A stretch of DNA of 63,836 nt, counting the filler, from Octopus bimaculoides (lineage: Eukaryota), in the NCBI RefSeq assembly GCF_001194135.2. It is 4 parts of 3 records of this genome, joined end to end, with 100 filler letters (N's around TTAATTAATTAA, not from the genome) between each part and the next. Parts side by side here need not be neighbours in the genome. Positions count along the whole stretch, not along the records: positions 32,712 to 58,125 come from NC_068987.1; positions 58,226 to 63,836 come from NC_068997.1; 2 more parts are not named here. The stretch is one strand, 5' to 3'. Made by a program: the position numbers and the translations under genes. The notes under the pieces were generated by a model. It was not told the DNA's origin. It worked only from the letters and a program-made list of their open reading frames with translations, and ran no database searches. Below, one piece after another: positions 50,518 to 63,836 of the stretch. Numbering within the stretch: the first letter of the stretch is position 1; the number at the start of each line of letters is the position of its first letter.

Positions 50518-51160
50518 GTAAGAACTTTAAAATGTAGATATAACGTTAGGAAAGCAGTCTACTTCTAGTTTTAATAGAATAATATCGAACAGATTTCCAG
50601 GCAAACATCTGTAAAGTTTGAAACAAATTCAACTTATTTGTCCAGTGTAGATATTAAACCTCTTCCTATTTAATATTAAACGTATCTGATGTTACCCTGC
50701 TTCAATATATTTGATAGGTTATCCTCTTACCTGTCCCTCTATTTACGACACACACACACATGAGCACACACGCGCACATACACAAACACACACATACACA
50801 GACAAGCCTAAATGCGCAGTGTCAAACACCAGCCTTTATAGAAATGTAGACTTCATATGTTCTTGCAGAGACACATTTTTGGTCTGTATATTAAAAGAAT
50901 GATGTCGATTGTGAATTAGACGAGAACAATCAATGATTACAATTAGAATTACAGATACTAATTCCAAAATCGAATCAAATAATTTTTTTTTCTACCTAAT
51001 CGGCTTGAAAAATTTTAGAGATTTTCCTACAATTCTAAATATGAAAACAATGGTAGCCTCAATTCACAAATAAAGAAATATTATCCATCAATGCGGTGTT
51101 CAGCACTCATTTTCGTCGTTCAATATTTACGTATATACATACATGCATACATACTTGCAT

Positions 51161-51218
<58 letters not shown>

Positions 51219-51383
51219 ACACACAAACACGCACATATATATATTAGGTATATGTATATATGTATATATGTATATTATACCGGCTTATATATATATATTA
51301 TGTATATGTATATATATATTTAGACCAGAGTAAGCATATAAATGCGAAACTATGTAGAAAAAATAGTACTCGAATACCAGAGG

Positions 51384-51428
<45 letters not shown>

Positions 51429-51439
51429 ATATTCACTGT

Positions 51440-51635
51440 TTTATTTGTTTCAGTCATTTGACTGCGGCCGTGCTGGAGCATCGCTTTTAGTCGAACAAAT
51501 TGATCCCAGGACTTATTCATTCTAAGATTAGTACTTATTCTATCGGAGTCTTTGGCCGAACCGCTAGTAACGGGAACGTATACAACCCAGCATCGTTGGT
51601 CAAGCGATGGTGGGGGAATAAACACAGACATACAA
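51440..51635 (-). mobile_element. SINE family B 3' half
   Basis: Reverse complement of 9265-9460. Confidence 0.9.
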
Positions 51636-51662
51636 ACATACACGCACACGCACACACGCACA

Positions 51663-51694
<32 letters not shown>

Positions 51695-51989
51695 TAAATA
51701 GTGAGCGTGAGAGAACGAGAGAGAGAGAGGGACTGAGAAAGAGAGATAATGTGGGCGAAATAACTGATGAAAATATTTTGGGCGTGGAAAATAACCACGT
51801 TCGATTTTTATTATGGACGATTCTTGTCAGCAAACTCCATCACAATTTTCGCAGAAAAGATTATTTAATTCGACTGTATTTTCGCCATTCATTAGAACGT
51901 TCACAAAGTTGTTGATGGTAATATTTCTCTATAGCTTTGGCACAAGGTCAGTAATATTGGGTGAGGAGGTAACACGATTATATTTTCTC

Positions 51990-52125
51990 CCGTACCCAAC
52001 TGGTACATATTTGATCGACTCCAGAGAAAGACAACTCCGGCGGTATTTGAACTCATAACGTAAGAATGGGCGAAACGCCGCTAAACACTTTTCCCGACGT
52101 GATAACCGCTATTCCATTTTGCTGC
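51990..52125 (-). mobile_element. SINE family A fragment, diverged
   Basis: aactggtacatatttgatcgac…tttgaactcataacgtaag. Confidence 0.65.
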
Positions 52126-53784
52126 CCTTGTGTGAGGAATAAAATTTGTGTTTGTTTATGTTCAACAAGCTTGGATATATCCATCAGATTTTACTAAGAG
52201 AATGACAATGGATAGAGGATCCAAATACACAAACCATAGACACAGACTCACTGGGGAATATTCCGGTTAAAAATGCAAAACAATAGAGCGAACCTTTCCA
52301 CTTTCCGTTAAGAGTGGAAGTATTGACAACCACCCTAACACAGGATGGTACATATTACAAAACAAAGAGAACTACTAGTTGATAATATACAACAAAGTAT
52401 ATAAAATTCCCTAAAACATAGACGATTAATCATGGGAGCAAAATTCATGTCGCAAATCAACATACGTTCAAAAAAGATTAACGATTGTCTAATGACATTG
52501 ATGCCAAATCGTTAAACAATTTTAGGCTCTAAACATTAAATAATTCCGACTACAATAAAATCAATTAACACGTGGATTATGATGTGGAAGTCCAGTTGTA
52601 CAACAATTAGGTTTTAGGCAATACATAGGGGGGATCTATTCGTTATTCTCAAGAGGAAGTTGTGAACATATATAAATGTTGATTGAGGATGTAAGACATT
52701 ATTCCTCCAAACACACGGTAAATATTTATGCGGATGTACCAAAAGTCTGTAATGACAGCAAAAGTCTGAAAAGACAGCAACATAGTAGTATTTTAATGAA
52801 ACAAATATAGATGTAAAGTTCTTTCCCATATCCACTAACATATATATATATATATATATANNNNNNNNNNNNNNNNNNNNNNNNNNNNNNNNNNNNNNNN
52901 NNNNNNNNNNNNNNNNNNNNNNNNNNNNNNNNNNNNNNNNNNNNNNNNNNNNNNNNNNNNNNNNNNNNNNNNNNNNNNNNNNNNNNNNNNNNNNNNNNNN
53001 NNNNNNNNNNNNNNNNNNNNNNNNNNNNNNNNNNNNNNNNNNNNNNNNNNNNNNNNNNNNNNNNNNNNNNNNNNNNNNNNNNNNNNNNNNNNNNNNNNNN
53101 NNNNNNNNNNNNNNNNNNNNNNNNNNNNNNNNTATATATATATATATACAGAGAGAGAGAGAGAGAGAGAGAGAAAATTTCGAAATACATGTGCAGATAT
53201 GTTGATTTAGATGTATGTAAACTATTTATGTGTCCGTGCATGCGAGTTTGAAACTTGGGAAATAAATTAGTTAATGCAAAGTAGAGAATTAAAAAGCACC
53301 TCCACCATGAACCACTACATAAGTAGCAATATGCGTACAATAAACTAGAGAAAAACAAGTAACGCGTATAGAGGAACTTCATTTCTCTCAAGAATATTAA
53401 TGCATCTACAGCAAGAAATAAAAGGATAAATTTAGATGATAGAAATACATTAAGAGTGTAATAATTCCAGAATCTCCTCATATATACTCGAGTTTTATTG
53501 CCGCGTCTAAGGTATAGAACGACAAAAAATACATAATCAACGATTTTGATTTGAAGGCATGTACAACAACAGCAAATCTAGTTTACAAAAGATGGCTGTA
53601 AATATCACTTGTTGTCAAAATGCTACAATAAAAATGATGCATGGATGAATATTTGTAGAGGTTTGTACATAAATTTTACGGAAATATATCAGATTAAAAT
53701 AAACACACCCAAATATATCTGCTTATATACGTAGATACACATTGGAATACAGATGCATGCATATACACTCACTCTGCAGTACAA

Positions 53785-53830
<46 letters not shown>

Positions 53831-54371
53831 ACACACACACACAAACAAGCAGTCAGTCACACACACGTATATATAAAAGCACTATGAACACGTGTTGAGG
53901 AAATGTGCATACAAACGCAGATTCTACAGAATTATATATCAATGTAAGACAAAGATTCATTAAATAACGTGCATAAATATATTTGTACACCTACGTTATA
54001 ATGTCCTTGTAAACAGAAACACTCAAACACATACATGCACGCATATACACCAACATATATGTGTACATACGCGTGTGTACACGCGTGCGCGTGGTCTTTT
54101 TAACGTTGAGTTATGCACAATTCAAATTTATTTACTTGAGGCTGAACTGTCAACGAATAATGTACACGTCTTGCTATAGAAAACGCAGCGAAGCTAAATC
54201 ACAATTGCTACAGAAGCAGCCGAACTATGTTATGCAGTGTGAAATGGAATTGCGGATATTTTCTCTGACGAAAGGTCAGCAATCTATGGAAATGTCCATG
54301 AGAAGAAAACTATCCCCAGTTTTCTCCACAGTAATTGCAGAATGAGATTGCATAGAAGGAATCTTGTATCG

Positions 54372-54490
54372 TTTAAGTTTTACTTGTTTAAGCCATTTGA
54401 CTGCAGCCATACTGGGGCATCGCCTTGAAGGGTTATAGTCGAACAAATCTAATGGGGGAATAAATTTATCGCGCTTTGCCGAACCGTAAC
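54372..54490 (-). mobile_element. SINE family B 3' fragment
   Basis: catttgactgcagccatactggggcatcgcc…gtcgaacaaatc. Confidence 0.7.
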
Positions 54491-54814
54491 GAAATGAAAA
54501 CTATCGTAAAGCAGTGTTGGGGGACAAATGCATGCACAAGTACACTCACACACACGCGCGCGCATACATACATGCACACATACACACACACACAAAAGCA
54601 CGCGCACGCACGCGCGTACACACACATACACAACCAGTTCAAATTTACAGAGAACAACAAGCAAGTATATTAGTTTAACCGTTGGTAATCATGGAAAAGC
54701 CTTTGAGCTTTCGACTCTACGCTCCTCGACAGAAAGGACTGAGAGGTAAAAAAAATGGACAGAGAAAGAAAAAAAAAACGGGAGAAAAATATGTACGTAC
54801 GAACGGTTCAACGT

Positions 54815-54985
54815 ATATGACGGCTTACTTTCACTTTCCGTCTGCCAAATCCCCAAATTCATCCACCAATTTTGCTGGGGATTAAATAAGAAGAACAGAA
54901 AAAAAAAACACTTGCCCAAGGTGCTACGCAGTGGAACTGAATCAGGAACCATTTAGTTCGGAAGAAAACTTCTTGCCACAGTCTA
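54815..54985 (-). mobile_element. SINE family B 5' fragment
   Basis: cacttgcccaaggtgctacgcagtggaactgaa. Confidence 0.7.
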
Positions 54986-55639
54986 TAACTATGTTTAAGT
55001 GCATTTCGGTTCTTCTGAATCATATAGTATTCTTTATAAGCAGACAACCGTCAATTACTGGCGCGGGTCAAAAGAACAGATACGAATATTAGTTATCTAC
55101 AAGGTTAATTCATAGCTGCTTCATAAGTAATTGGTCAACTAGGTAGCCAGTACCTGTCCAGGAACTGACTACAAACTGTGGATTATCCCTTGAAGACTGT
55201 CTCTCAACTTTTTACTGTTTTACGCGTGTAGTACTGTATTTAACTCAGAGTGAGATATCAAAATATAGATATTTACTTCTTTTCTTCCAATTTAGAATAA
55301 GCCGCAGATAAATACATATCATATTGTGTGATGCATGTTTGTATTTGTATGCATGTGTGTGTTTTCGCACTAAATTTGACGATTCATGTCATATTTTCTG
55401 AGGAACAGCTTGATGTGTTTGTAAACATTTGGCGCCGCTTGAGAGCTTAACGATTAAATTTGTCGTTGAGAAAAAGTTAGCTGCCATGAAGAGATTGACT
55501 GAAACTCATCAGAATATTCTAAAAAAGTTAGCTGTATCAAGATGAGTCGCGCCGTGTATCAAAATGACATCGTCACATCTGTTGAATGCTCTGCGAACAC
55601 TGTAATGGCTGTATGATGTGACGCTACTTTCTCTAGACA

Positions 55640-55895
55640 CTAGTAGTCCTTGGGCATTTCTCCTAAAATCTAGCCACCTAACTCCCCAGACTGCGACCCC
55701 TTTCATTATTATGTTTCGGGTACAGTTGAGCGAGAGACCCACAAAAATTGCCTGTAACACCAAAAATGAACTGAATACAAAGAGTATGGCAGCATTCACC
55801 AACTTCAACAAGGATACTGCCCAGAAGAGTTGCAGGAGATTCCGAAGTCGTCTGGAGGCCGTGGTTGAAGCCAACAGCGATTTTATTGAATAGTA
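55640..55895 (+). mobile_element. maT/DD37D-like transposase C-terminal remnant
   Basis: …PNSPDCDPF.YYVxGTVERET…ACNTKNEL…AAFTNFNKDTAQKSCRRFRSRLEAVVEANSDFIE*. Confidence 0.75.
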
Positions 55896-58058
55896 TTTTA
55901 ATATGTGTTTATGTAATTTTGGTATGTATATATATATATATGCATATACATATCGAACTCTCTCTCTCACTGTCTCTCTCTCTATATATATTTATACATG
56001 TATGTATATATATATGTATATGTATATANNNNNNNNNNNNNNNNNNNNNNNNNNNNNNNNNNNNNNNNNNNNNNNNNNNNNNNNNNNNNNNNNNNNNNNN
56101 NNNNNNNNNNNNNNNNNNNNNNNNNNNNNNNNNNNNNNNNNNNNNNNNNNNNNNNNNNNNNNNNNNNNNNNNNNNNNNNNNNNNNNNNNNNNNNNNNNNN
56201 NNNNNNNNNNNNNNNNNNNNNNNNNNNNNNNNNNNNNNNNNNNNNNNNNNNNNNNNNNNNNNNNNNNNNNNNNNNNNNNNNNNNNNNNNNNNNNNNNNNN
56301 NNNNNNNNNNNNNNNNNNNNNNNNNNNNNNNNNNNNNNNNNNNNNNNNNNNNNNNNNNNNNNNNNNNNNNNNNNNNNNNNNNNNNNNNNNNNNNNNNNNN
56401 NNNNNNNNNNNNNNNNNNNNNNNNNNNNNNNNNNNNNNNNNNNNNNNNNNNNNNNNNNNNNNNNNNNNNNNNNNNNNNNNNNNNNNNNNNNNNNNNNNNN
56501 NNNNNNNNNNNNNNNNNNNNNNNNNNNNNNNNNNNNNNNNNNNNNNNNNNNNNNNNNNNNNNNNNNNNNNNNNNNNNNNNNNNNNNNNNNNNNNNNNNNN
56601 NNNNNNNNNNNNNNNNNNNNNNNNNNNNNNNNNNNNNNNNNNNNNNNNNNNNNNNNNNNNNNNNNNNNNNNNNNNNNNNNNNNNNNNNNNNNNNNNNNNN
56701 NNNNNNNNNNNNNNNNNNNNNNNNNNNNNNNNNNNNNNNNNNNNNNNNNNNNNNNNNNNNNNNNNNNNNNNNNNNNNNNNNNNNNNNNNNNNNNNNNNNN
56801 NNNNNNNNNNNNNNNNNNNNNNNNNNNNNNNNNNNNNNNNNNNNNNNNNNNNNNNNNNNNNNNNNNNNNNNNNNNNNNNNNNNNNNNNNNNNNNNNNNNN
56901 NNNNNNNNNNNNNNNNNNNNNNNNNNNNNNNNNNNNNNNNNNNNNNNNNNNNNNNNNNNNNNNNNNNNNNNNNNNNNTATATATATATATATATATATAT
57001 GGCTGACCCCTACACGGAATGTCTCCCAAAAGTCTATAAACACTTAGAATGATAATAAGGTGAGTGTTGAATTAAATATATTTCCCCCTCACCCGTTTGC
57101 CTAATCATAAGACATTTTCTTAAAGTTCACTTTCTACTACTTTATATTTCTTTACACACACGTACGTGCGCACATATAAACCCACAAGCGCCCGCAGACA
57201 CACACACACACGTGCAGACACACACACACGCACGCACACATTCACAAATATTAGGAAAAATAAAATAGAGTAATAATTCCCTAATATACTTCAGAAAATT
57301 CCCAAAAAATGTAGGCGATGCTCCGTCAAGTATAAATGTGAGAGTTTTTAGTCACTCTCATATCAACCGTTGTATTATACCCACAACGGACAATCTAAAT
57401 TAGATATAATGTGGTATGATGAGTAGCTAATTCTACAGACATAAAAAGCGGTAAATATTTAACACTAGTAATTTTATCTTCCAGAGTTAACTGCAGCCGC
57501 CCTTTCATATTATTAACTATACAATGAAAATCTTTCTAAATTTTGTCTCATATGAAAAATCATGAATATGTTGTCAGGGTCAGCTGTATTTCAAATCATC
57601 ATAGAAAGTCTCAATTGAAATAATTGCATACAACCCACCGCTACCACCAACATCAACGTCGGCAAAAATCGTACGAAAATATAATATGAGAGCTACTTGA
57701 ATTGCGTCTACATTAATGTTATATAAAGTCAAAATTCTGTCTTACTTGGCTGAAATTGAGAAGCATTTCTTAGCTGACCCGTTCATATTGTTCACGAAAT
57801 TATTAATAGTTATCAAGAATAGAAAACGAACATTGCCAAAAATAACATTCACCATGCTGCAGCGCTGTCTTTTTATAACTTTAAAAGACATAAGATTGAA
57901 TAAGATAGATAATAGAGAGTAAATATGGCCAACTTGTATGACGTATGTTTTCTGAAGAGATAAAGAAGTTTTATAGTCACATAAAAGAGAACGAATGAGT
58001 GATTCAACGTTTGTATTTAATATGTAAATAACAGACTGCTGTTATAAGTCAAGAGCAA

Positions 58059-58125
<67 letters not shown>

Positions 58126-58225
58126 NNNNNNNNNNNNNNNNNNNNNNNNNNNNNNNNNNNNNNNNNNNNTTAATTAATTAANNNNNNNNNNNNNNNNNNN
58201 NNNNNNNNNNNNNNNNNNNNNNNNN
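58126..58225. other. Artificial scaffold-joining spacer
   Basis: 44 N + TTAATTAATTAA + 44 N. Confidence 0.95.
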
Positions 58226-58292
<67 letters not shown>

Positions 58293-58799
58293 CTATGTAT
58301 ATTTATTTATGTATATGAGTCTGTGTATGCTTAGGAAGGAATGCATGGTGATAATTTATAAAATAAACAGGAGCAACAACAATGTATGTGATAAAAATAA
58401 CAGTGACAACACAGGCTACAAAGTAACATGACAATCCAAGCAAACAACGTCTATCTTGCGGGCAGCATTTAAACGTTTAAAATACCAGAAAGAAATCTTA
58501 TTAATTTATCCGTACACGTATACGTGTATACGAACATATGAGCATACTTATGTATATATACCTAAACACATACACACAAGCTATCCGAACATACTTACAG
58601 AGAAATACACACGTACATATGCAATATACAGATGTATATGTTTGTAGATACATTGATACATATATACATACTTATACAGAGACATGGCAGAAATAAGTAG
58701 ACAGCCTCATAATTGTTAAGATTTAAGTCTGAAACTATGCATTCAAATTATTTATTAATTATTATAAGGTGGATATCTAATATTTAGTAGACATACCCG

Positions 58800-59790
58800 T
58801 TGCATTTTTCAATGCAAGGGCCCCATTAGACATACTACAGATCAGATGACGTATATTCTCTTGCGCCATTTCATGCATAGTTTGATGGAGTAATTTTTAA
58901 AGATCTGGTTTTGAAGATGCTTTCTTGTACTTTTTACGAAACGTCCTGTCCATTATGCCCTACAGATGTAGGCTTGGTCGTAGATGCTTTTAAATGTCAT
59001 GCTCTTCCAATACATCTTGGGTCTTTTTAGCCGTGTGACAAGAGCACCATCTTCCATAAATAAAGAGTCTTCTTTAACCATTTCACCACTTCAGTAGATT
59101 GGAAGGAGTCCTTTCTGAAATATGGACACGTATCTATGTGAGTTTATGTTTCTCTTACACTCCACCAAATTACTCCAAATTGTTCCCCAGATCATCACAG
59201 AATAGCCACCCTGTTTCATTGTTGGCAGTAATCTTTACGCGTCAAATTCCTGATGACAGAATCTCCAGACCCACAATCGACCACTGTCGGAATATACAAC
59301 AAATCTGGACTCATCAGAAAATATGACAGTGTCACAAAATGCTAGTGGTCTCAAAATGCTAGCGGCACAATCTTTTCTCTGCTTGATGTTGGCTGGTCGC
59401 AGAAGTGGCTTGCTTTTGCTGCTCTGCCTTACTGGGTAAGTTTGTGAATATATATGACAGCAGTTCTGGGACTGACATCAACTTGTTCTGCGATGTCAGA
59501 AGCGTTGCGCCGAGTACTATTGTTCGCACTTCTGTTAACAAAGTGAATGGTTCGTCAAAGGGCCCGGGTCCACCTAGGTGAGGTTATGGGAACCCCTTTC
59601 CATCTCTGGTGAATAGCATAACCACTCTGTTAACTGTAGAAAGTGGGTTCCCAAGGTTTTCTGCAATTTTACGCTAAGTCTACCTTCAGATTAACCCACA
59701 ATACAGCCTTTTTTTTATAATTCGGACAGTTCCAAGCCTTGTTTTCTATGTGGAATGATTAAACAGTCACATATAGGACCTGTGGCATAG
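58800..59790 (-). mobile_element. Decayed Tc1-family transposase
   Basis: Minus: VIFSDESRF (59308-59322), GGYSVMIWGT, LFMEDGA (59043-59060), N-terminal IAENLGNPLSTVNRV HTH; stops and frameshifts. Confidence 0.85.
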
Positions 59791-59900
59791 ATATGTTAAT
59801 TAATAAAAAGAAATATGAACATTTTCAAGTTAATATCAATATCAAACGATATTTTATGTGGTATCTCTTTTTTGTCGTCTCTGAGTATATACATACACAC

Positions 59901-59946
<46 letters not shown>

Positions 59947-60844
59947 NNNNNNNNNNNNNNNNNNNNNNNNNNNNNNNNNNNNNNNNNNNNNNNNNNNNNN
60001 NNNNNNNNNNNNNNNNNNNNNNNNNNNNNNNNNNNNNNNNNNNNNNNNNNNNNNNNNNNNNNNNNNNNNNNNNNNNNNNNNNNNNNNNNNNNNNNNNNNN
60101 NNNNNNNNNNNNNNNNNNNNNNNNNNNNNNNNNNNNNNNNNNNNNNNNNNNNNNNNNNNNNNNNNNNNNNNNNNNNNNNNNNNNNNNNNNNNNNNNNNNN
60201 NNNNNNNNNNNNNNNNNNNNNNNNNNNNNNNNNNNNNNNNNNNNTATATATATATATATATATATATATTATGTGTGTGTGAGAGTGTGTGTACTTGTGT
60301 GTATGTATATACTCAGACACGACAAAAAAGAAATAGACACCACATAAAATATCGTAGATATTTTATGTAGACATATCTAGATATGTATATTTGCATATGT
60401 TTCCTGTTTGTTTCGGAAAACAGTTATTTCGGTTACTATTGCTTCGAAACTATTTGCGTACGCAATCGCTAAATGTTACACCCCCATGTCATTTGCAGCT
60501 GTCCTGACCCCCAATAATGTTATCATCGTCCTTGTATTCAGCGTACTCACTATCATTGTCATTGTTATTGTTGTTTTTTGTTATTATTATTAATAATAGC
60601 AGTAGTAACAGCAGCAGTACCATTAGTGATTGCGGTGGTGATGGTGGTTATGGTGGTGATGGTGTTAGTGGTGGCAATGGTGGAGGAGGGTTGCACACCC
60701 AGTAAATGCCAAACTTGTGGAATCATATCTATTGTACACCTGTTATTAATATTGAAATATAAACCCCTTGTCTAACGGCTAAACCAAACAGGACTCAAGC
60801 ATGCTCCTTCTCTCACATACGTGTGAGACTGCATCTTTTTTCTT

Positions 60845-61215
60845 TTTGTCTTTATCTTTTCTTTATTTCAGTCACATGACTATGGCCATGGTTGGTCACC
60901 GTTTTCAAGAATTTTAATGGAAAAAAAATCGAACTTCGTAATTTTCTGCTTAAGTCTGATAACCTATTTTTAGCGGATTCTTTTGCCGAACAGCTAACTT
61001 GTGGGGCCGTGAACACTTTAACACAGGTTGCCAAGCGGAAGGCTGGGAAAAAGACGAATACACGCATATATACACACACATATACATATACATATACATA
61101 AGTGTTTATACGAGAGGTCTCTTTCAGTTTCCGTCGGCCAAATTCACTCTGGATTTAGTCGGCCAGAAGCTATAATAGAAAACAGTTGCCCAATGTGACA
61201 CGCAGTAGGACTGAA
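60845..61215 (-). mobile_element. Diverged SINE family B, split by an internal microsatellite
   Basis: ttatttcagtcacatgactatggccatg…gccgaacagctaa…; tctttcagtttccgtc…ttgcccaatgtgacacgcagtaggactgaac. Confidence 0.6.
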
Positions 61216-61239
61216 CAAAATTCTTACTGGGCTCCACCT

Positions 61240-61339
61240 TGCGACCTTCATGCGCTGCTTATCTTGATGGGTATACTGGGCTTCGTATATTTTACCCCTG
61301 TATCACTTTGACGGCAGGCACTGCTCTCTCGCTTAAATT

Positions 61340-61345
<6 letters not shown>
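61240..61345 (-). repeat. Interspersed repeat, copy 1
   Basis: Reverse complement of 62850-62970 (gagagcagt…ggggtaaaatatacgaagccc…tataccc). Confidence 0.7.
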
Positions 61346-61391
<46 letters not shown>

Positions 61392-61399
61392 TAATAATG

Positions 61400-61497
<98 letters not shown>

Positions 61498-61600
61498 AAC
61501 AATAATAATAATAATAATAATAATAATACCGGTGCTGCTGTTACTACTGCTGTTGCTGTTGCTGCTGCTGCTGCTGCTACTACTATTGTTGATACTGTCA
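61340..61600. repeat. (AAT)/(AAC)/(GCT) compound microsatellite
   Basis: Direct. Confidence 0.95.
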
Positions 61601-62849
61601 GTATATTGTCTCCATTATCATTTTCTAATTATTGACATTTCTTTCTTATTTTCATTCTCTACTTCTTATTTTCTTTCGTTCGTCTATATTTCTTTCATAT
61701 TTTCAGTTTTACCATCTTTATTCCTCATAACCCATCTTCCGTCATTCAATTAATTTTATCTTTCCTCATTTATTTACGTCATTTTATTTTATTTCCTATC
61801 ATTATTATTTTCATTTATCGTATTCTTTCACTTCAATATCTTTTTTAATTATTTTTCTTTATATACCTTTCTCGTCTATTCATTAAATTCTGTTCTGTTT
61901 TTATTTTCACTTATATTCTTACACATTCTAATACTTTTTTCTGCGCCTTTCAATTTTTTCTTAAATTTTTCGTATCTTTAACTCATCTTTCTTTCAATCA
62001 CTACATTTTTTGGTTTTCATCTTGTTGCATCTTTCATTTTTATTGCTCTCGCTTTCTAAATTACCATTTTGTAAACTATACGTGTGGTTTATTGCCATCA
62101 ATTATCCTCGTTGACGACAAAGTAATAAGACAAACGTCGCCATCTGTTGATAATATAGATGTATACATTTTTTCGTTTCATATGGAATTTAAATTGCATG
62201 ACCATGACTAGACACATCATGTAATTATGAATGCGTAATACGAGTACTACTAAACAAATCATTAGAAGAAAGAACAACATTTGGTATATCAATGCACACA
62301 GTGAAATTTATACAAAAGCAATTGCAATTATCTTTAATTGAATCAGATTATTTTGGTAGGCATATTTCATAATTTACATAATAGCAATGAAATATTTTTT
62401 TAAATGTATCTTTTGATATTTTACTGTGATGGGTGAAAACTCTCTCCGAGTGTCTAACACCCTGACAAAAGAAAATAGCTACAATAATTGCTACAACAGT
62501 TTAGGAAAAATAACAGCGGTTATGAAACAATCGTGAAAGATCTGGTAGTTTATAATAGGGATGCCTCAATTTGTGTTGTTACCCTGTACTGACGAACAAG
62601 CACACATGCTGTATTTTCGGTTTATAATTCGAGAAAGTGTAGTATGTAAACGTGGTGTAAACATTCAAATATTGTCACTATCTTTTACATAGAATCTTTC
62701 GTACCCCACCAACTCATAGAACTCTTATGCGTATACCATTTGTCAACAGTTTTGATTCTATAACGCCGACATGTTGACTAGTGTAGATATTGGCCAACAA
62801 ACGTCTTGATCTACACTCCATTGATTATTATTATTATTATTATTATTAT

Positions 62850-62970
62850 TGTTGAGTTAGAGAGCAGTACATGCCATCAAAGTGACACTGGGGTAAAATA
62901 TACGAAGCCCATTATACCCATCATGACTACCCGTCTGATAAGGGTACACCAGGCACATGCATCACACCAT
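62850..62970 (+). repeat. Interspersed repeat, copy 2
   Basis: See 61240-61345. Confidence 0.7.
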
Positions 62971-63715
62971 GAGTAAAGAAACAAAAAAGCATTCCGAAAC
63001 TTTTGCTACTTTTAATTCCACCAATCTTCGAGGCATCGAGGTAAAATGAACTAACACCAAAGTTGTCACAGCATATTTGGAAAACCACTCCACATCGCTT
63101 TTAAAACTAACGAATTTATAATATTCTCTATATGCCTGACTCACTTTTATTTGAAATTCTGATGCAAATCGTATTTGACTGGGAAATTTCTCCGAAAATT
63201 TCACGATTTACGCCGTTAAAATAAAAGGTCTGAGGTGCTAAGTTCTTGCCGACACATTAGAAAGATATTTGCTTTATATCTATATAATTTAGAAAGGAGA
63301 ATTTCCAGAACAGTCTTTAGTATATCAGTACATCGACAATACACATTAAATTGCGCGCACAGGTTCATTTTTCCTTTTTCTCGCAAGCATTTCTTTAAGT
63401 ATGATTGTTTTATTCACATTCATTTATTTTCACTGTATTTATTTTGTACCTATCAATATTTATATCTCGTCTCTTCACGTTTCTTTAACAAATAAGTCCC
63501 CTCTCACTCGCAGAATAAGGACTCCTTAAATAATGCTATGTCCCAAATCGGACAAATATCTCTAAATCGGACAAATATCACAGTCGAGAAATACAGTGAC
63601 GATACAGAGTGCAATAAATATATTACGTAACTCTAATTTCATCGTTCATAAATCCATTTTCTCGGAATTATTTTTACAACAGAAACACACGAAATACACA
63701 AGTATCAGTCTCTTC

Positions 63716-63795
<80 letters not shown>
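63716..63795. repeat. (ATCT)n microsatellite
   Basis: Direct. Confidence 0.95.
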
Positions 63796-63836
63796 GTGTA
63801 TCTTTCCATCTATTTATTTCTTCATTTATCTATCAT

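Noticed and set aside
54255-54335. Transposase fragment (IFSDE)
   Set aside because: Single short motif; insufficient support.
59305-59320. Hammerhead core CTGATGAGTCC on the minus strand
   Set aside because: These are the codons for S-D-E-S of the Tc1 FSDES motif; no GAAAC or pairing stems follow.

Overview
AT-rich, repeat-saturated eukaryotic DNA from a fragmented draft assembly with many N gaps. The SINE and microsatellite make-up points to a cephalopod, most likely Octopus (inference from recalled repeat families, not a database search). Three 100-bp N44-TTAATTAATTAA-N44 spacers show the window is four artificially joined pieces: 1-22022, 22123-32611, 32712-58125 and 58226-63836. No complete protein-coding gene is supportable. 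Nearly all ORF-track entries are microsatellite or N-gap artefacts. Supportable content: about 30 tRNA-derived SINE copies or fragments from at least four families; decayed Tc1/mariner transposases (mariner DD34D, Tc1, maT/rosa-like); a hAT-Charlie MITE with an intact 8-bp TSD; a piggyBac-like MITE; two Helitron 3' ends; a decayed CR1/L2-like LINE; a probable Penelope remnant; a palindromic NRF1/ETS/YY1 promoter-like element; and one good isolated exon candidate (50434-50517). The most interesting signal is a set of minimal hammerhead-ribozyme (HHR) motifs in several unrelated small mobile elements. These include a tRNA-headed SINE with an HHR tail, a long foldback element with a U3-A8 variant HHR in its loop, and a head-to-head pair of HHR-like motifs with an unusual insert.
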